Source: Utricularia gibba
Lineage: Eukaryota; Plantae; Magnoliophyta
Assembly (NCBI GenBank): GCA_002189035.1
Contig: CM007991.1
Span: 2,108,001 to 2,172,000 of the forward strand
Length of the DNA stretch: 64,000 bases
Reading direction: 5' to 3'
The notes under the pieces are model-generated. The model saw only the letters and a list, made by a program, of their open reading frames with translations, ran no database searches and was not told where the DNA came from. Shown here one piece after another: positions 1-14,144 of this stretch (position 1 is the first letter of the stretch; every line of letters starts with the position of its first letter). The position numbers and the translations under genes are program-made.

Positions 1-295
1 CATGCGACAGCACAAAGATTTGTACACATGTACATAAAAAATCGATCGCGATCGATTCAAATGCAGACATTAGCCAGAACTTGAAAAAAAAAATGAAGCG
101 ATGGTTCAACATCAGTTACCTTTATTGACAGAGGATGGAGGACACCGCAATTCCAGAAGAACCCTAAAATCTCCAATGATGAAGATTAGATTATAAAGCG
201 GTTTTTTCCGCTATATACTGAGTTCCTATTAAAAAAAAAAAAAAAAGCGGTTACTTTCTTGGACTGGACTTAAAAATATCTGCATACTGGGATGA

Positions 296-351
296 GGCCC
301 ATATAACTGACGTATGGGCCCAAAATGAGGTCTGGTAATGATTCTTGGGCC
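296..351 (+). promoter_or_regulatory. Site II (TGGGCC/GGCCCA) cluster upstream of PYM
   Basis: GGCCCA 296-301, TGGGCC 315-320 and TGGGCC 346-351, within 125 bp of the ATG. Telo-box-like AACCCTAA at 160-167 and AAACCCTAA at 456-464. Site II plus telo-box is an established plant housekeeping promoter module. Confidence 0.6.
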
Positions 352-418
352 TGAGGGACAAAGTTGAGCGAAGAGTTCGAAGATAATCCCAACTTCATCA
401 ATTCTCTGTGCAACTTCA

Positions 419-1599
419 ATGGCGAGCAGTGGAACGGAGAATGCAGAACTGACAAAAACCCTAAAGGAAGGTGAAAGGATTCTAGCGCCTACCAGGAGAC
501 CCGATGGAACGCTTCGCAAGCCTATTCGCATTCGTGCTGGATACGTGCCCCAGGACGAAGTCGCCATTTATCAATCCAAAGGCGCTATCGTCAGTCGCTC
601 ACTCTTCGTTATCGGATTGCTGCTTTGATTTCCTGTTCTGATTGAATAGATTGCTGTGTTAAGTGGAAGAAGGAGATGGCGGTTATTCGAGAAGTTCCAC
701 CGGGTTATGATCCGATTGTGGAGGAAAAACCCAAGTCTAAGGCGGCTAAGAGGAACGAGAAGAAGAAGGAGAAGCGTCAACAGGTAGCCCCGATTTCCAT
801 CAAATTTCAGATGCAAAAATGAGATCGTTAGGTGAACTCTGCTCTTCCAAGTTCTGGTTTGAACAGTCCCCAGTTTTTCAGATGTGTCGAAGTTCAAATG
901 ACTAGATGTTTGAGTGTAGCTATACAAGGATAATGATCATTGATTGGTGGGGGTGGTTCTGCTTTCTGGTCACCTTTTACCTGCAATCCATTGTGTGGAT
1001 GTGCTGCACAATGCAGGCTGCCTTGGAGAAGAGTAAAATCTCAGAGCAGGATGGTGGGGGGTCGGCCATTGGTGGTGTTGATGCCGGTGAAACGAATTTG
1101 GATAACGTTGCTTCCAGGATGGATGAGCTTTCTCTCGCAGGAGCTGGTTCTCCGGCTGTAGCTGTACCTTCTCTCGATGCCACTTCTTGTTCGATTCCGA
1201 GGGACGAGGTCCAAGATCTTGATAAAAAGATTAGAGCCCTAAAGAAGAAGGTCAGTCGTATTCTCTCCCACTGCTTGATGTGAACTTGACTTCTGAAATC
1301 CTCCTGCCAAGACATCTTTCATGTTTCCTGGTTTCGAGATGAACATAGTTGCCAACACCATAGAGTAGTAGTGTTTCTTCAGTGCCAACTTCATGGTGCA
1401 TTGACTGATAAGAGGAGAGGTTAACCAGGTGTGTTCTTCCGTTTCTCAGATCCGTCTTGCAGAGGAGCAGAAGCGTAAAGGTGGTGAGACGGATATGAAA
1501 CCAGAACAACTGGAGAAGTTGGCCAAAGTAGAAGGTTGGCGCAGTGAGTTGAAGCTGTTGGAAGATAAGAAGGCTGAAATGGCACAACTTAGTCCTTGA
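419..1599 (+). CDS. PYM: Partner of Y14 and Mago (PYM/WIBG), exon-junction-complex disassembly factor
   Basis: N-terminal Mago-binding motif ILAPTRRPDGTLRKPIRIRAGYVPQDEV and C-terminal LDKKIRALKKKIR...EQLEKL. Inferred exons 419-589, 664-783, 1017-1250, 1450-1599, all with GT-AG junctions that keep the frame. Confidence 0.93.
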
Positions 1600-1975
1600 T
1601 GGATGGGTATGTAACCCTGTTCTATTGTTGAGTGCGATTTAGGTGAGCCTTCACAGATATCTTGAACAGAATCTTTATCTTCTTCGGTTTCTTAATCAGA
1701 AATCGTTGCCAAGACTGAAGAGCTGGTTATCTTTTTCCGATTTTCCTTCGTATTCAAACATCAAACCCCATACATGGCTTTCAAAATCAGGGTGAGCTGC
1801 TGCAAGTTCAAAGAACCTGCTCTGCAGAAACAACATAGTATTATCTGTAGAAGGGAAGCAAGCATGTTACCATTTCTGTATTCGCAGAAAGGAGTTAAGT
1901 TGTAGCTTGCAATGACAATGGGGCACGCCGTTTCGGCTCCCAGTTTCTCTAGCATGGTGAAAAATGCATGGAGTG

Positions 1976-2808
1976 TCATACGGTGAGGCCGTCGAATCCA
2001 CACTGCTTGCTTATCAGAGCCTGCTTTGTGGGACTGATAGCGATCGAGCAGTCCACCGATACCTGCATCCACAATGGATCGTAACACCGTCGATAAACCA
2101 GAGACGACAGGAGTTGCCCCTCACAGACGAGAGAACGCCAGCATATGAAGCATCATAGGAAGGAGATGCAACAAGAAATGGTGGTGGATAACTCTTCAAT
2201 CGCATTAGTGCAAGTGTCGTATTAATTAGTGGGCTAACCTCTACACCTGGAGACGTCACGCCGAGGATCCGGATCTTGGCTCCGACGTCGCCGGCGACCC
2301 GAAACTCAACCCGGTCATTCAAAGAGGCGTCTCTCACCATGTCTGCAGCTTCAGCTTGCAGTAGATTCACGCGATCGACGGCGATCGTAGTCTCGATGCG
2401 GCGGACGCTGTGCGCCGGCTGGTAGAATCCGGCGACAGTGCCGCGGCCGAGGGGAATGCCGCGGTACATCACTGTGAATCGAGACTCGCTGTATTGGATC
2501 CCGACCTTGTTGTCGTTGGTCGCGACGAACAGCATGTGGATTCCTAGGGATACGGTGGCGGAGGATGCTGCGGTAGGGTTTATGCCCATGTATTGGACGC
2601 TTACTTGCTGGAGGTCGAATTCAGGTTTACGAGGTTTCACAACGAGAATCACCACCAAGACTGCGGCGAGGACGAGGAGTGCGAGGAAGGAAAACAGCAG
2701 AAACAGGCAACAGCAGCACCCTCGGAAGGAGGCCGAGGAGGAGGACGGCCGCGGCGGTGGGTAATGGCGACGGTCCAGAACGACGCCGTTTGCGTGTGTA
2801 GAGGCCAT
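1976..2808 (-). CDS. NDR1/HIN1-like (LEA_2 domain) membrane protein, At2g01080-like
   Basis: SASFRGCCCCLFLLFSFLALLVLA transmembrane segment, KPRKPEFDLQQV, NDNKVGIQY and C-terminal VSVDCSIAISPTKQALISKQCGFDGLTV*. Exons 2808-2239 and 2062-1976. ATG at 2808; the ORF-track start at 2871 is a TTG. Confidence 0.9.
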
Positions 2809-3143
2809 TATCCTTGTTGGTAACAGAACCACCGCAACAACGGCGGCAGCCGCTCCGTATTCTGACTCCAAGGAAGATTTGATTGGAGGAAGCAGCCTTT
2901 CTCGTCAGACGATTGCGGCAAAAGAAGGTTGGCATTCGCCTTTCCGCCATCAACCCCTTAAAGCGCCCATGTGACACTTCTGCTTTATCCCTGCTACCTT
3001 CCCATTAACGCACCACACTCTTGTAATCTCGATTCAATTACATCGAAAAGGTGAGTTTACGCAGCAGGCATCATCGTCTTCAATGAAACCGGTGACCCGT
3101 TGAATCAGAATTACATGAACAGATGAGTGCTTTAGTTACAATG

Positions 3144-3164
3144 GCAGCAGCAGCAGCAGCAGCA
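3144..3164. repeat. (GCA)7 microsatellite in the tubulin 3' region
   Basis: gcagcagcagcagcagcagca read directly. Confidence 0.9.
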
Positions 3165-3218
3165 AATCAACGGCGTAAACAAACCTGCACACAGAAAACA
3201 AGCAGCAACGCATCATCG

Positions 3219-5120
<1,902 letters not shown>

Positions 5121-5660
5121 CCTTCTCCCTAGAGACGGAAACGTCACAAAGCTCTCTCAACCCGTACTGGCACCAGCAGCGGGCGCGATATTTTCCACAG
5201 TTGTCTCTCACTTGCCATGTATCTATGTATATATACACCCACACACACACAAGTACGTGCACTCCCGTTTCTCGCCGTTGAAAAGGAGGGAGAGAAATGG
5301 AATGGAATGGAATAAAATTCCTAGTCGTCTAATATAAATAAATAATTACGTACCCAAAATATCATTCTCTTAAGACGTAGGCACATGAGACCTCATTTAG
5401 TGTTGAAAATGCTCGGACTTCGATAGCCAAGTTCCTATCCCTGAATGGGGTACTTTTTTTTTCTTTTCATTATTTTTTTTAAAAAAGATGAAAATATTGT
5501 ACCGACGTTTAAATGATTGGCCCGGCCCGTGCCTGCCCATTTAGCGCCAGCCTCGCGGCGGGCCCAACCCGACCCCACTGTCTGTTTCCTACAGTTGGCC
5601 ACTGGACAAACGGCTATTAAAAGAGTGATTCTGTGTGTTTCTAAAATTATTCTACTTCCA

Positions 5661-5887
5661 AAAAACCGATTAATTTTCAACAAAGTAGAAATTTCTTACA
5701 ACACACCTTGCATTTTGAGGGGAACAATTCACAAATAGTTTCATTGCCAAATACGAATAGTTTATACTCGTAAAACCCGATTTATTGTCAAAAAAAGTAG
5801 AAATTGCTTAGAAAACAAGTTCCATTTGAGGGACACAATTCACAAATAGGTTTATTACAGAATACGAATAATTTATATTCCTAAAAC
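5661..5887. repeat. Degenerate tandem duplication, about 112-bp period, 2 copies
   Basis: aaagtagaaatt...tttgaggg..acaattcacaaatag...aatacgaata.tttata.tc.taaaac recurs from 5682 and from 5794. Confidence 0.85.
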
Positions 5888-6840
5888 GTTTGCTAATAGC
5901 ATCATCATGAGAAGCGTTTATTGTTGAAAGCAACCAAAAGGGCATCTCTCTGGGTGCCTGAATCATCAGTCTTATCTTGCTTGGTTGCATGTCAAGGAAA
6001 ACAAGAGAGGATGGCTGGTGATGTTGCTAGTTTTAGAGATGAAGCAACCCAGCCAATAATTCCTCACCAAAGTTGGTGGGTTGTCACCTTGCACAGAAGA
6101 ACACAAAAATGAGATGAGAGCATATCATCATTCTCCAATCCCATGGGCATTGATTGGTTCACTCAGCCACTTTCTCTTTTCCCCTCCTGATAAAAACCGG
6201 CTCTCAAATGGAATCAGTATGAAAAGACACAGCATGATGCAGTAAAGGCATTCATTGCATGTCAGAAAAATATACAGAAGGAGCAATGGATAAATCAGTC
6301 AAGCAATTGAAATTGGATTGGACAAGGTGGACTGAATTGAAAGAAAGGATAAGGTGGTGGTTGCACAACTCATTTTCATGTGCATTCTTGTTGAGTCATT
6401 GTTAATAGGACCCCACAAGCTACCATCCTGGGGCCTTGCTAGTTGCATGGAACCTGCCAGTCATTGAATCAGCAGCATTTATTTTCATCAACTAGGATTT
6501 ACAGACGAATTGTTTTTGACCTACAATACAAACAAGATTGAATCCAACTACCCAAGGAATCTCATACGAAGGACATATCGTTCTCCAAAAGGTCTTCAGT
6601 TCATCAAGGAGACAGCAGAAAATGTGTATATAACCATTAATCACCTGGCTGCTAATGCAGATACAAATTATAAATAGCATTAGCCACAGCAGTTCAAAGA
6701 GTCATTCCAGTTTTGCAAGTTAAATCAGATGGCACAGGAGATGATAATCAACCATCATGTCCTACTCTGGCAAAAACGAAAACTACTACCATCCAAAAAT
6801 ATACAATCCGCCGGGATTTGAATAGCCATGGAAATAAAGG

Positions 6841-9800
6841 CTACTGGACCTCTCCTTCCTCTGCACCATCAAAATTCTGAAGTTCCGGATCGGGGGGATT
6901 CCAGTGGTCATCTCTCCTTTGTCGTTTGCTTTCATTTTCTGAGTCTACCTCCGTATGCTTATCCTTCAGTTGGATAAGTAGCAAAATCACTTATACAGCG
7001 AGCAATATGTAAGAGCTCAATCAAACACACTGAGGAGATCGGAACGTTTAAATAATCACCTTCAGGCTAAATAATTTTAGGTGTTTTTTCGAAGTGACTA
7101 AATCTTATCTTGGGCCTAAAAGAGCATGATTCAAGGTACTGCTAATACCTGCTTCAATTTGATCATGTCGAATGTGTATCTATGGGATCTGAACTGATAT
7201 TTGTCATCATCTTGGCTCATATCTCCCAAAGAGTCATCATCCTGTCTCTCATATCTTTTGGTCCTGTCCCTAGACCTTTTCTTCTCTTCAAAGCTTGAAG
7301 ATCTCGAGCCCTCACTATCCGTTTCTTCCATCTTGCGCCGCTCTTTATCATTTCTGTAGCCATCTTTATGTCTCCTCTCTTTTTCCTTGTATTCTTTAAA
7401 CCTTCTCTCTTGCTTCTTCCCCTGTGGAAGATATAGTTTCCAATTACTCGATGATGATTCAAATATCTGACCATTAGACAAATGAGATCATAAAACGTGA
7501 TTTAAGGGAGGCAGATCTTTCACATATATATTCAGACAAATGAATTAAGGGAAATGACCTCTTTTCGCTTGTTCTCCTTGTGCTTTTCCTTTTCTTTCAG
7601 TCTCTCGATGACTCTACCAAATATACCCCTAAAAAAGCTTTCTTCCCCGATGAACCTGCGCTGTGAACTCTGAGTTGACTAAAAAGATGTTGCATAATTG
7701 TATCCAGAAAGCAGCAAGTAGAGATATTCAATCGTTGTTATTTTCAAGACTAAATAATGTCAAAAACTTTTAATATCACCACCCTCCAGCTTTCCAGGTT
7801 CAGATACAAAGAGTAATAAAAAAATAGATAGAGGAACAGAGTACTATCTCGGTATCCATTGTATTTTCATGACACGAAAAAAATTTGAAAACGGCTGACA
7901 TTCATGCTGAAACGATGCATTTCTCATTACAATTAGAAAATTGTGAAAATCCGCATGTGCTGGCTGATTAGTTCTCAGCTTATGCAGATATAGTGCAGAT
8001 TGTGTTGCCACAATTCTTAACAAGACAAGGTACTGTGGTTACCTCTCTTCAACGATTGCTCTGCAATCCTCCCACTTTGAAGATGATGTTAATTCCTATT
8101 TTAAGAAAGAAATTTAAAGAGAATTCAGCTAGAAAGTAAGAATATGGACTCACTGCAGGATACATATGCTTTAGTATACATTTAAGTTGAGTAGGAACTC
8201 GTAGACATCATCAGCGTGACGTTTACGCCTCTTTGCTTCCTTACCGTCTCTCTCCCTCTTGAACTCCAGTAGCTCATTAAATATAATCTGAAAGACAAAA
8301 GCTTTGAAATACTCTTTGGTAGTTTTGAGTAGCGAGTTTAAAATAGAAATCACATACTTTCATGTTGGCATCTGATATCCGTTTAATGCAATTGTCTTCA
8401 GAGAGTGCACTCTTGAAATCTTCAAGGGACCAGGTTGGTGACAAGGAGATCTTGCAAGGAGAAAAGATTAAATGCAATTAAAAAAGTAAGCCACGCAACC
8501 GGTTGAAAAATGAAAAAAGTCATTACCTTTTCGTTCATTATTGCTTCTTCAACCCTCTCCTTGTCCTCCAAATACTGAACCAAACATGTATAAATAGAGA
8601 TGATGAAAAGGATTCGAAAACTGCAGCTTCAGGTAGTTAGCTGGTGATCAATTGATGAAGTTTGGTCCAGTTTCACAACCTGCTTCTCAAGATCTTCAAT
8701 GACATCATCAAAGAGGTCCTTTGCAGTAGGTCCTGAGGTGTTTGAGGATACAGAAATATATGCAGGGTTCTCCTTAACCTGAATAAAACACTGAATTTCA
8801 GGATACAATTTCAATGATAGTTCTTTCCTCAGAAAAAGAAAGGAAGGGACCTTCATTGCATACTCCCGCCAATGAGAGTTGACTGTAAGGAAACCAGCCG
8901 TGGCATGTTCCTCCATCAGTTTTCGAAATTCATCACGATTTCTACGCTCTGCTCTCCGTGTTTCCTCCTGATTCAAAGATTTCCGGTTATAGTTTTCCTT
9001 CAGAATCACATGCATTTAGCATAAAAATGACTGGGGGAAAATGCCATAACTATTCGCAATTTTCTCTGCTCCTCTTCTTCCATTTCAAGCTCCTGCACAT
9101 ATTCCTGCAAAGAATGCCTCACATATGATCAAGGTATGAAAACGCCATATTTACTCATATTTACAATGTAGCTTACCTGGAAGATTTCCAATCGTTCGAT
9201 CTTTTCTAGCCGAGAGCATCTCTCATCAGCTTCTAACCGGTGCTGCACTTTTCGCCACTGGCTACTTGCCTGGGGATATGAAGCATGAACTTGGTACAAA
9301 TTCATGACATACAGATGTACACCAAATCGCTACCTTAATAAAGTCACAGGATTTTAACAATTCTAAATAGTCAGCTATGTATCGCTTGTGCTCCTCCATT
9401 GCCTTAGCTCGTTCCTGGCCAAGACGAGATACAAATCAAATAAACCTTTAATCTGAGTTTGAAAGACGATACTCAGAGAGCAGCAACTGAATCATAAATC
9501 ATAAGAAGCATCCTCAGATACCCAATAATAAAAATTATTCGAAGCAGCCAATGAAGCACTTAAAAAATCAAGTAAAGGAAGACAAGCAGTTCAAAATAAA
9601 AAGAGACCAGGGGAAAATGGAAAGCCACTGCCAAGAAGTTCGATGATCAAGGTAACCCTACTGTATGGATTAAATAACATCTAAAAATTACCTTTTTCCT
9701 CAGTTCTTCAATATAGGCTTCAAAGAGTTCTTCACGGTCTTTACTTCGTTCTACGGCTTGGAAACGGTCATCTCTTTCGAGTACGGATATTGCTTTGCTG

Positions 9801-12800
9801 CAACAGTGTAGAAGACTCGTCAACTAAACAACCTTAGGGAGATTCGTCCAAATGCACATTCCCAAAAAAGCCAGTCAAACCTCCATCTTGTCGATGATGT
9901 TAGATCTTTGCACTCCTGAGAGCAAAAAATAAATTCACTTGTTTATTACTTTTTAAAGGATTGTCATAAGATATTAGCGTTCTGTTACACAACAACATAA
10001 CAATGCCTTACTTGCAACATTATCTTGAAATCTTCTTTAGCCCTTCTTTGTCTAGCACGTTTTTCTTCAGCCTCCATCTTTTTCCTTTGGCTCAAAAACT
10101 AAGAAAACAACAAGAATACTAAGCATCAATCTTCCCAGATGACACATTCTGACAAATCATAACAATCACCTCATTGAAAGCCTGTTTTCGCTCTCCTAGA
10201 CTTTTTAGTGCACCATATCTCCGATCATTTATTATGAGCCTCATGGCCTGCAGATATTTTACGAATTCCCATGTCATAATTCTGCATAGATCCCAGATAT
10301 TCACAGAAAGAAGACAATGACCTGGTCCCAGGTCCAATCGGGCCCAATATTGGCTGTTTCCAGAAGAGTTCTGAAAGCAGTCTTTGCATCCTGAGTACAA
10401 AATGGAATAGAAAGAATATAAAAAAATGAAAAAAACCTCAGTCACTACTACCAAGCAATAAAGTAGAGTTTTTGGTTACAAAACATCAGAAGCACCTCTT
10501 TACTTTCATATCCAGCATACCCACGGTCTGCAGTTTTTCCTTCAGGTGTGCTTCCGTCTCCAACTTCGAAAGCACCAGCAATTCCTTCCTGCATCAGATG
10601 ATTGAATAAAAACAGGAATTGAACTGTCTTCCCTTTCCTTAATGACTGCTTAAAGAAATGGCAGCCTCACAAGGACAAAGCTTGCTTATTACCGGTAGTG
10701 CCTTTTCTACTGTTTGTGGGATTACACTGAAACAGAAACCAAAGAAAACTATGAAACTGCTCAATAAAAAATGGCATTTACAAATGCAGCATTTAAGAAA
10801 GAGCGATATACATACGCTGGTGGGGTTACAGCAGTTGAAACTGCAACTTCTTGGATCGCTGATAACTCAGGAGCTGCAGCAGGATGAGGATCACCGCCAT
10901 TCTCTGGTTTGAGAGGTGCCACTCCTTTATCTGATGGAGATACCCTAATTCCATCCGCATCTGATGCTTCATTACCAGGTACATGGCCAACATTAGAAAT
11001 AGTATCTGCATTTGTCTCCCCCGAAAAAGCCAAATTAGCCCGTTCACGAGCCAGCTACATCCAAATAACAAGTCAACAGATATAAATCAATCAAGGAGGC
11101 GAAAGAATTTTTGGTTGATATTTTTTTCTCATCATTTTAAATGTGAACACAAAAAAAAAATTAAAAAATACCTTTAATTCATCGGGAAAAACCCAAGTTG
11201 ACTTTCTGGTAACCTTGTTAAAGTAAAACCTATGTAAAAATTTAAAACAATCAGATCCTCACAAAATTTTCGTCAATCACAGCTAAACATATGTAAACAA
11301 CCACCACCATTAACCTTCTTCCATCAGGGGCAGTGACTTCTCTCCAGTCAGTAGATGCATCCGCTCTCTGCATTCATAGCGCGACATCAATTATAAACCA
11401 TCAACAGTGGCCCAGCAAGCAAAGAACATGACAGCAATTGAGCCAAATACAATTAGATTCTCGTCAACAAAAACCGGGGTTAAGTGATTAAGATTTCACG
11501 CCTGACATCCACTTACAAAGAGGGATGGTATCCCAACGTTGTCTCTAACATAAACTAGCCATATTTCACATTTAGGTTGGTTTTATTCCCTTTGACCGGT
11601 AGCCATTTTTTACTTTAAAGACTTTTAATAATGAAACTTGCTTTCATCACGAAACAAAACAACCAAGTCCTAGACGAAGTTTTAAGAGTGACTAACCTCT
11701 ATAGGTGTCATCAAATCCAAAGGCTTTTCCCATGATGAAATCCTTGTCCTTTTGTTGTAATAGTATCTGAGTGGAAATAAATGATGACCCAACAAATATA
11801 CTGATAACAGAAACAGAAGGAATTTATAGATGCTCGCCCACACAGTGCATGTGCATATATATTGATTGCAATGATTACTACGTCATCCTTTAAAAAATAA
11901 AAAACTAAGTCTCCGGTTACAAATGAAAAAGAGCTCCCCAGATATTGAGGTATTTTCAGGGGCACTAAAGTTCGGACTGTTGCAATGAATGAAGAATGTA
12001 ATAGTTTGGTCGCACACACAAGATTGCCATAAAACTCAGTAGGTAACCCCTGTGAAGTGAAGCATGGTAGAAGAATTGCAACATAGTACTGCAAATTGCT
12101 TAGAGTAAACTAGGAGCATTAAACTGTTTTTCTGAGCATACAAGCAAGTTTGAGGGACACATGCAGCATGCTTAACTGTAACGTACTTTTTTCCCTGAGG
12201 TGAGGTGTATTCTCCCCAATCTGAACAGCTCACTTTCACTGAATCTGCAGGAATTTCCTTGACAGAATCCTATTTTAAAAGTATCAGTTACTGAGGTAGT
12301 TGAATATCAAGAAAATGAATTCAATACATACCGTCATGTTACTCACATCACCAGCGCTTTCATCTTCATTTGGCTGAAAATGTGTACCCGAACAATCAGT
12401 GTGTACATCTGAAAATTGTTTCTGACCAGGATTTTGATCTCCATTTGAAAGGGAAGAGGTGCTTGGCGTCATGCTCTGAGTAGCACCTGAAAACCCTTCT
12501 TGATCTCCTTTTGGTTGTTCCACAACCTGTTGCGTAGGCAATACCATCTGCATTTGCTGGTTCACAGTAGGATACCAAGATTGCACCCCTGGAAAATTAG
12601 GAGGGTCTGCCTGAGAAGGAGCAGGAGCAATTTGAACTGGTTGCTGTCCATCAGAAGATGAGGACGACTTAGAATAATGGTTATGGAGATAGAACAAATC
12701 TCATTAGCAGCATCTACTACGAAATAAACATACTAAAAGAAAGCGGTTACCCCATGAGAAAATCTGGGGCCACTAGAATTTGGAATCATGTTATTATACA

Positions 12801-13250
12801 CAAGAGGTGGTCCAGAGCCAGGCATCACAGGTCTGTTAGGTTGCATATCTGGGGGAGGAACTGCTGGTCCCTGAGAATGAAGATGCCCTGGTGCTGTCAA
12901 TGATTGAGCTGGTGGCCGCATATGATGCTGCAGGGGTGGTTGAGGCAAAGAAGATGGATGATGAAATGGAGGTTGCATAGGTGGATGGTACTGAATTGGT
13001 GCTGGAGGAAGCATTGGCATCCCCATATTTGGGTGCCCTCCAGGTTGATATTGTTGTGCGCTCACAGGAGCGAATGGTGGCACTGGAGATGGCTGTGGTG
13101 GAATTGGAGCCATGGGTCGGAACTAACAAAAGCCAAGTTAGAAGTATGGCATCCATATTCATAAAAACCCACAAAAAACGAGAATCAAGAATATCTCACC
13201 TGCATTGAAACTGGAGGGAGCTGATTTGGAGGACCCATATTAGTACCCAT
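6841..13250 (-). CDS. PRP40: Pre-mRNA-processing protein 40 (PRP40A/B-like; WW+FF domains, U1 snRNP-associated)
   Basis: Pro/Gln-rich N-terminus (QFRPMAP). Two WW domains: [28 protein letters not shown] and [27 protein letters not shown] repeats: [10 protein letters not shown]...[32 protein letters not shown]. Charged tail ending EEGEVQ*. More than 20 GT-AG exons traced. Confidence 0.95.
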
Positions 13251-14144
13251 TCTGGGATGTTGGAGACGCTTTTCGCAAGAATCCATCCAAAATAAACCCA
13301 AATAAGATAGCATCAAAGCAGAAGAATAAAAATATTTTGATGGAACTAACAGTAAGTAGACGGCTTCTAGAACAACGCTGTCGAACGCAAAAAAAAAGAA
13401 AAAAGAAAAAAAAAAGTGGAAATAGCACATCGTCTTCCTGCACGCGCACACAAAACAGCCAGAAACTTTCAAATATCCCATTTTAATCCATCTTCAATGC
13501 GTGCTAAAGGCAACAAATTTTTACAGTTCTAGAACAACGCTCTCTTTCTCCATCAAATATGTGCCTACATGATTTCCAGTCCCAGCAACAAAAAACCCAT
13601 GGTATGCACCTTACAATTGGAAGATTAAGTGCAGGAAAGATCCCGTATTCAATAACCGCAAATCTTCACGCCTTCCAGGTTCTCCGGGAACCACTTCTCG
13701 CGTGCTCCTCGTAGTTCGCCTTCACCCGGAGGAAAGGGAAAGCCATCTTGCCAAGCACCTCCATTTTATAGGGTTTAGAACAAAAAAAAATATTTTTGAC
13801 GGAAAAATAGTGTCGAATTCGTGATACGGGACCAAAACCTGGGGGTAGATTAGTCATTTCATTATTCGTTGGGCTGATAGTAAAAAGACGCTTTGACTAC
13901 GTTAAGTATTTATCCATCCCAAGGCTGAATTCTCTCCTAACCAGAACAGGCTACAATGTTCATAATGACAGCACCCAAGAAGGGTTAACAAACACCCTGC
14001 ACAGACATGGCTGTGCGCACCTTCCACACAAGAAGCTGTGCGCGGTGCAGCTGAATTTGCAGCCCTCATTACATGCTTAATGTCCGACGCTTCGTTCTCG
14101 TGCAAGATGGGCAGCAGCATCCATGTGTTGTGGAGCACTGAGAC

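Noticed and set aside
456-464. AAACCCTAA as an interstitial telomere
   Set aside because: A single unit inside the PYM coding sequence; at most a telo-box.
2809-2871. N-terminal extension of the LEA_2 ORF
   Set aside because: The ORF track starts at TTG. The first ATG (2808) fits the homolog length.
5517-5575. GC-rich cccggcccgtgcc...gggcccaacccgacc cluster resembling hAT/MITE subterminal motifs
   Set aside because: No terminal inverted repeats or target-site duplication could be found. It may just be a promoter element of tubulin.
6012-6056. Short hairpin tggctgg..gttgct / agcaac.ccagcca
   Set aside because: The stem is too short and interrupted for a miRNA precursor, and it matches no conserved miRNA I recall.
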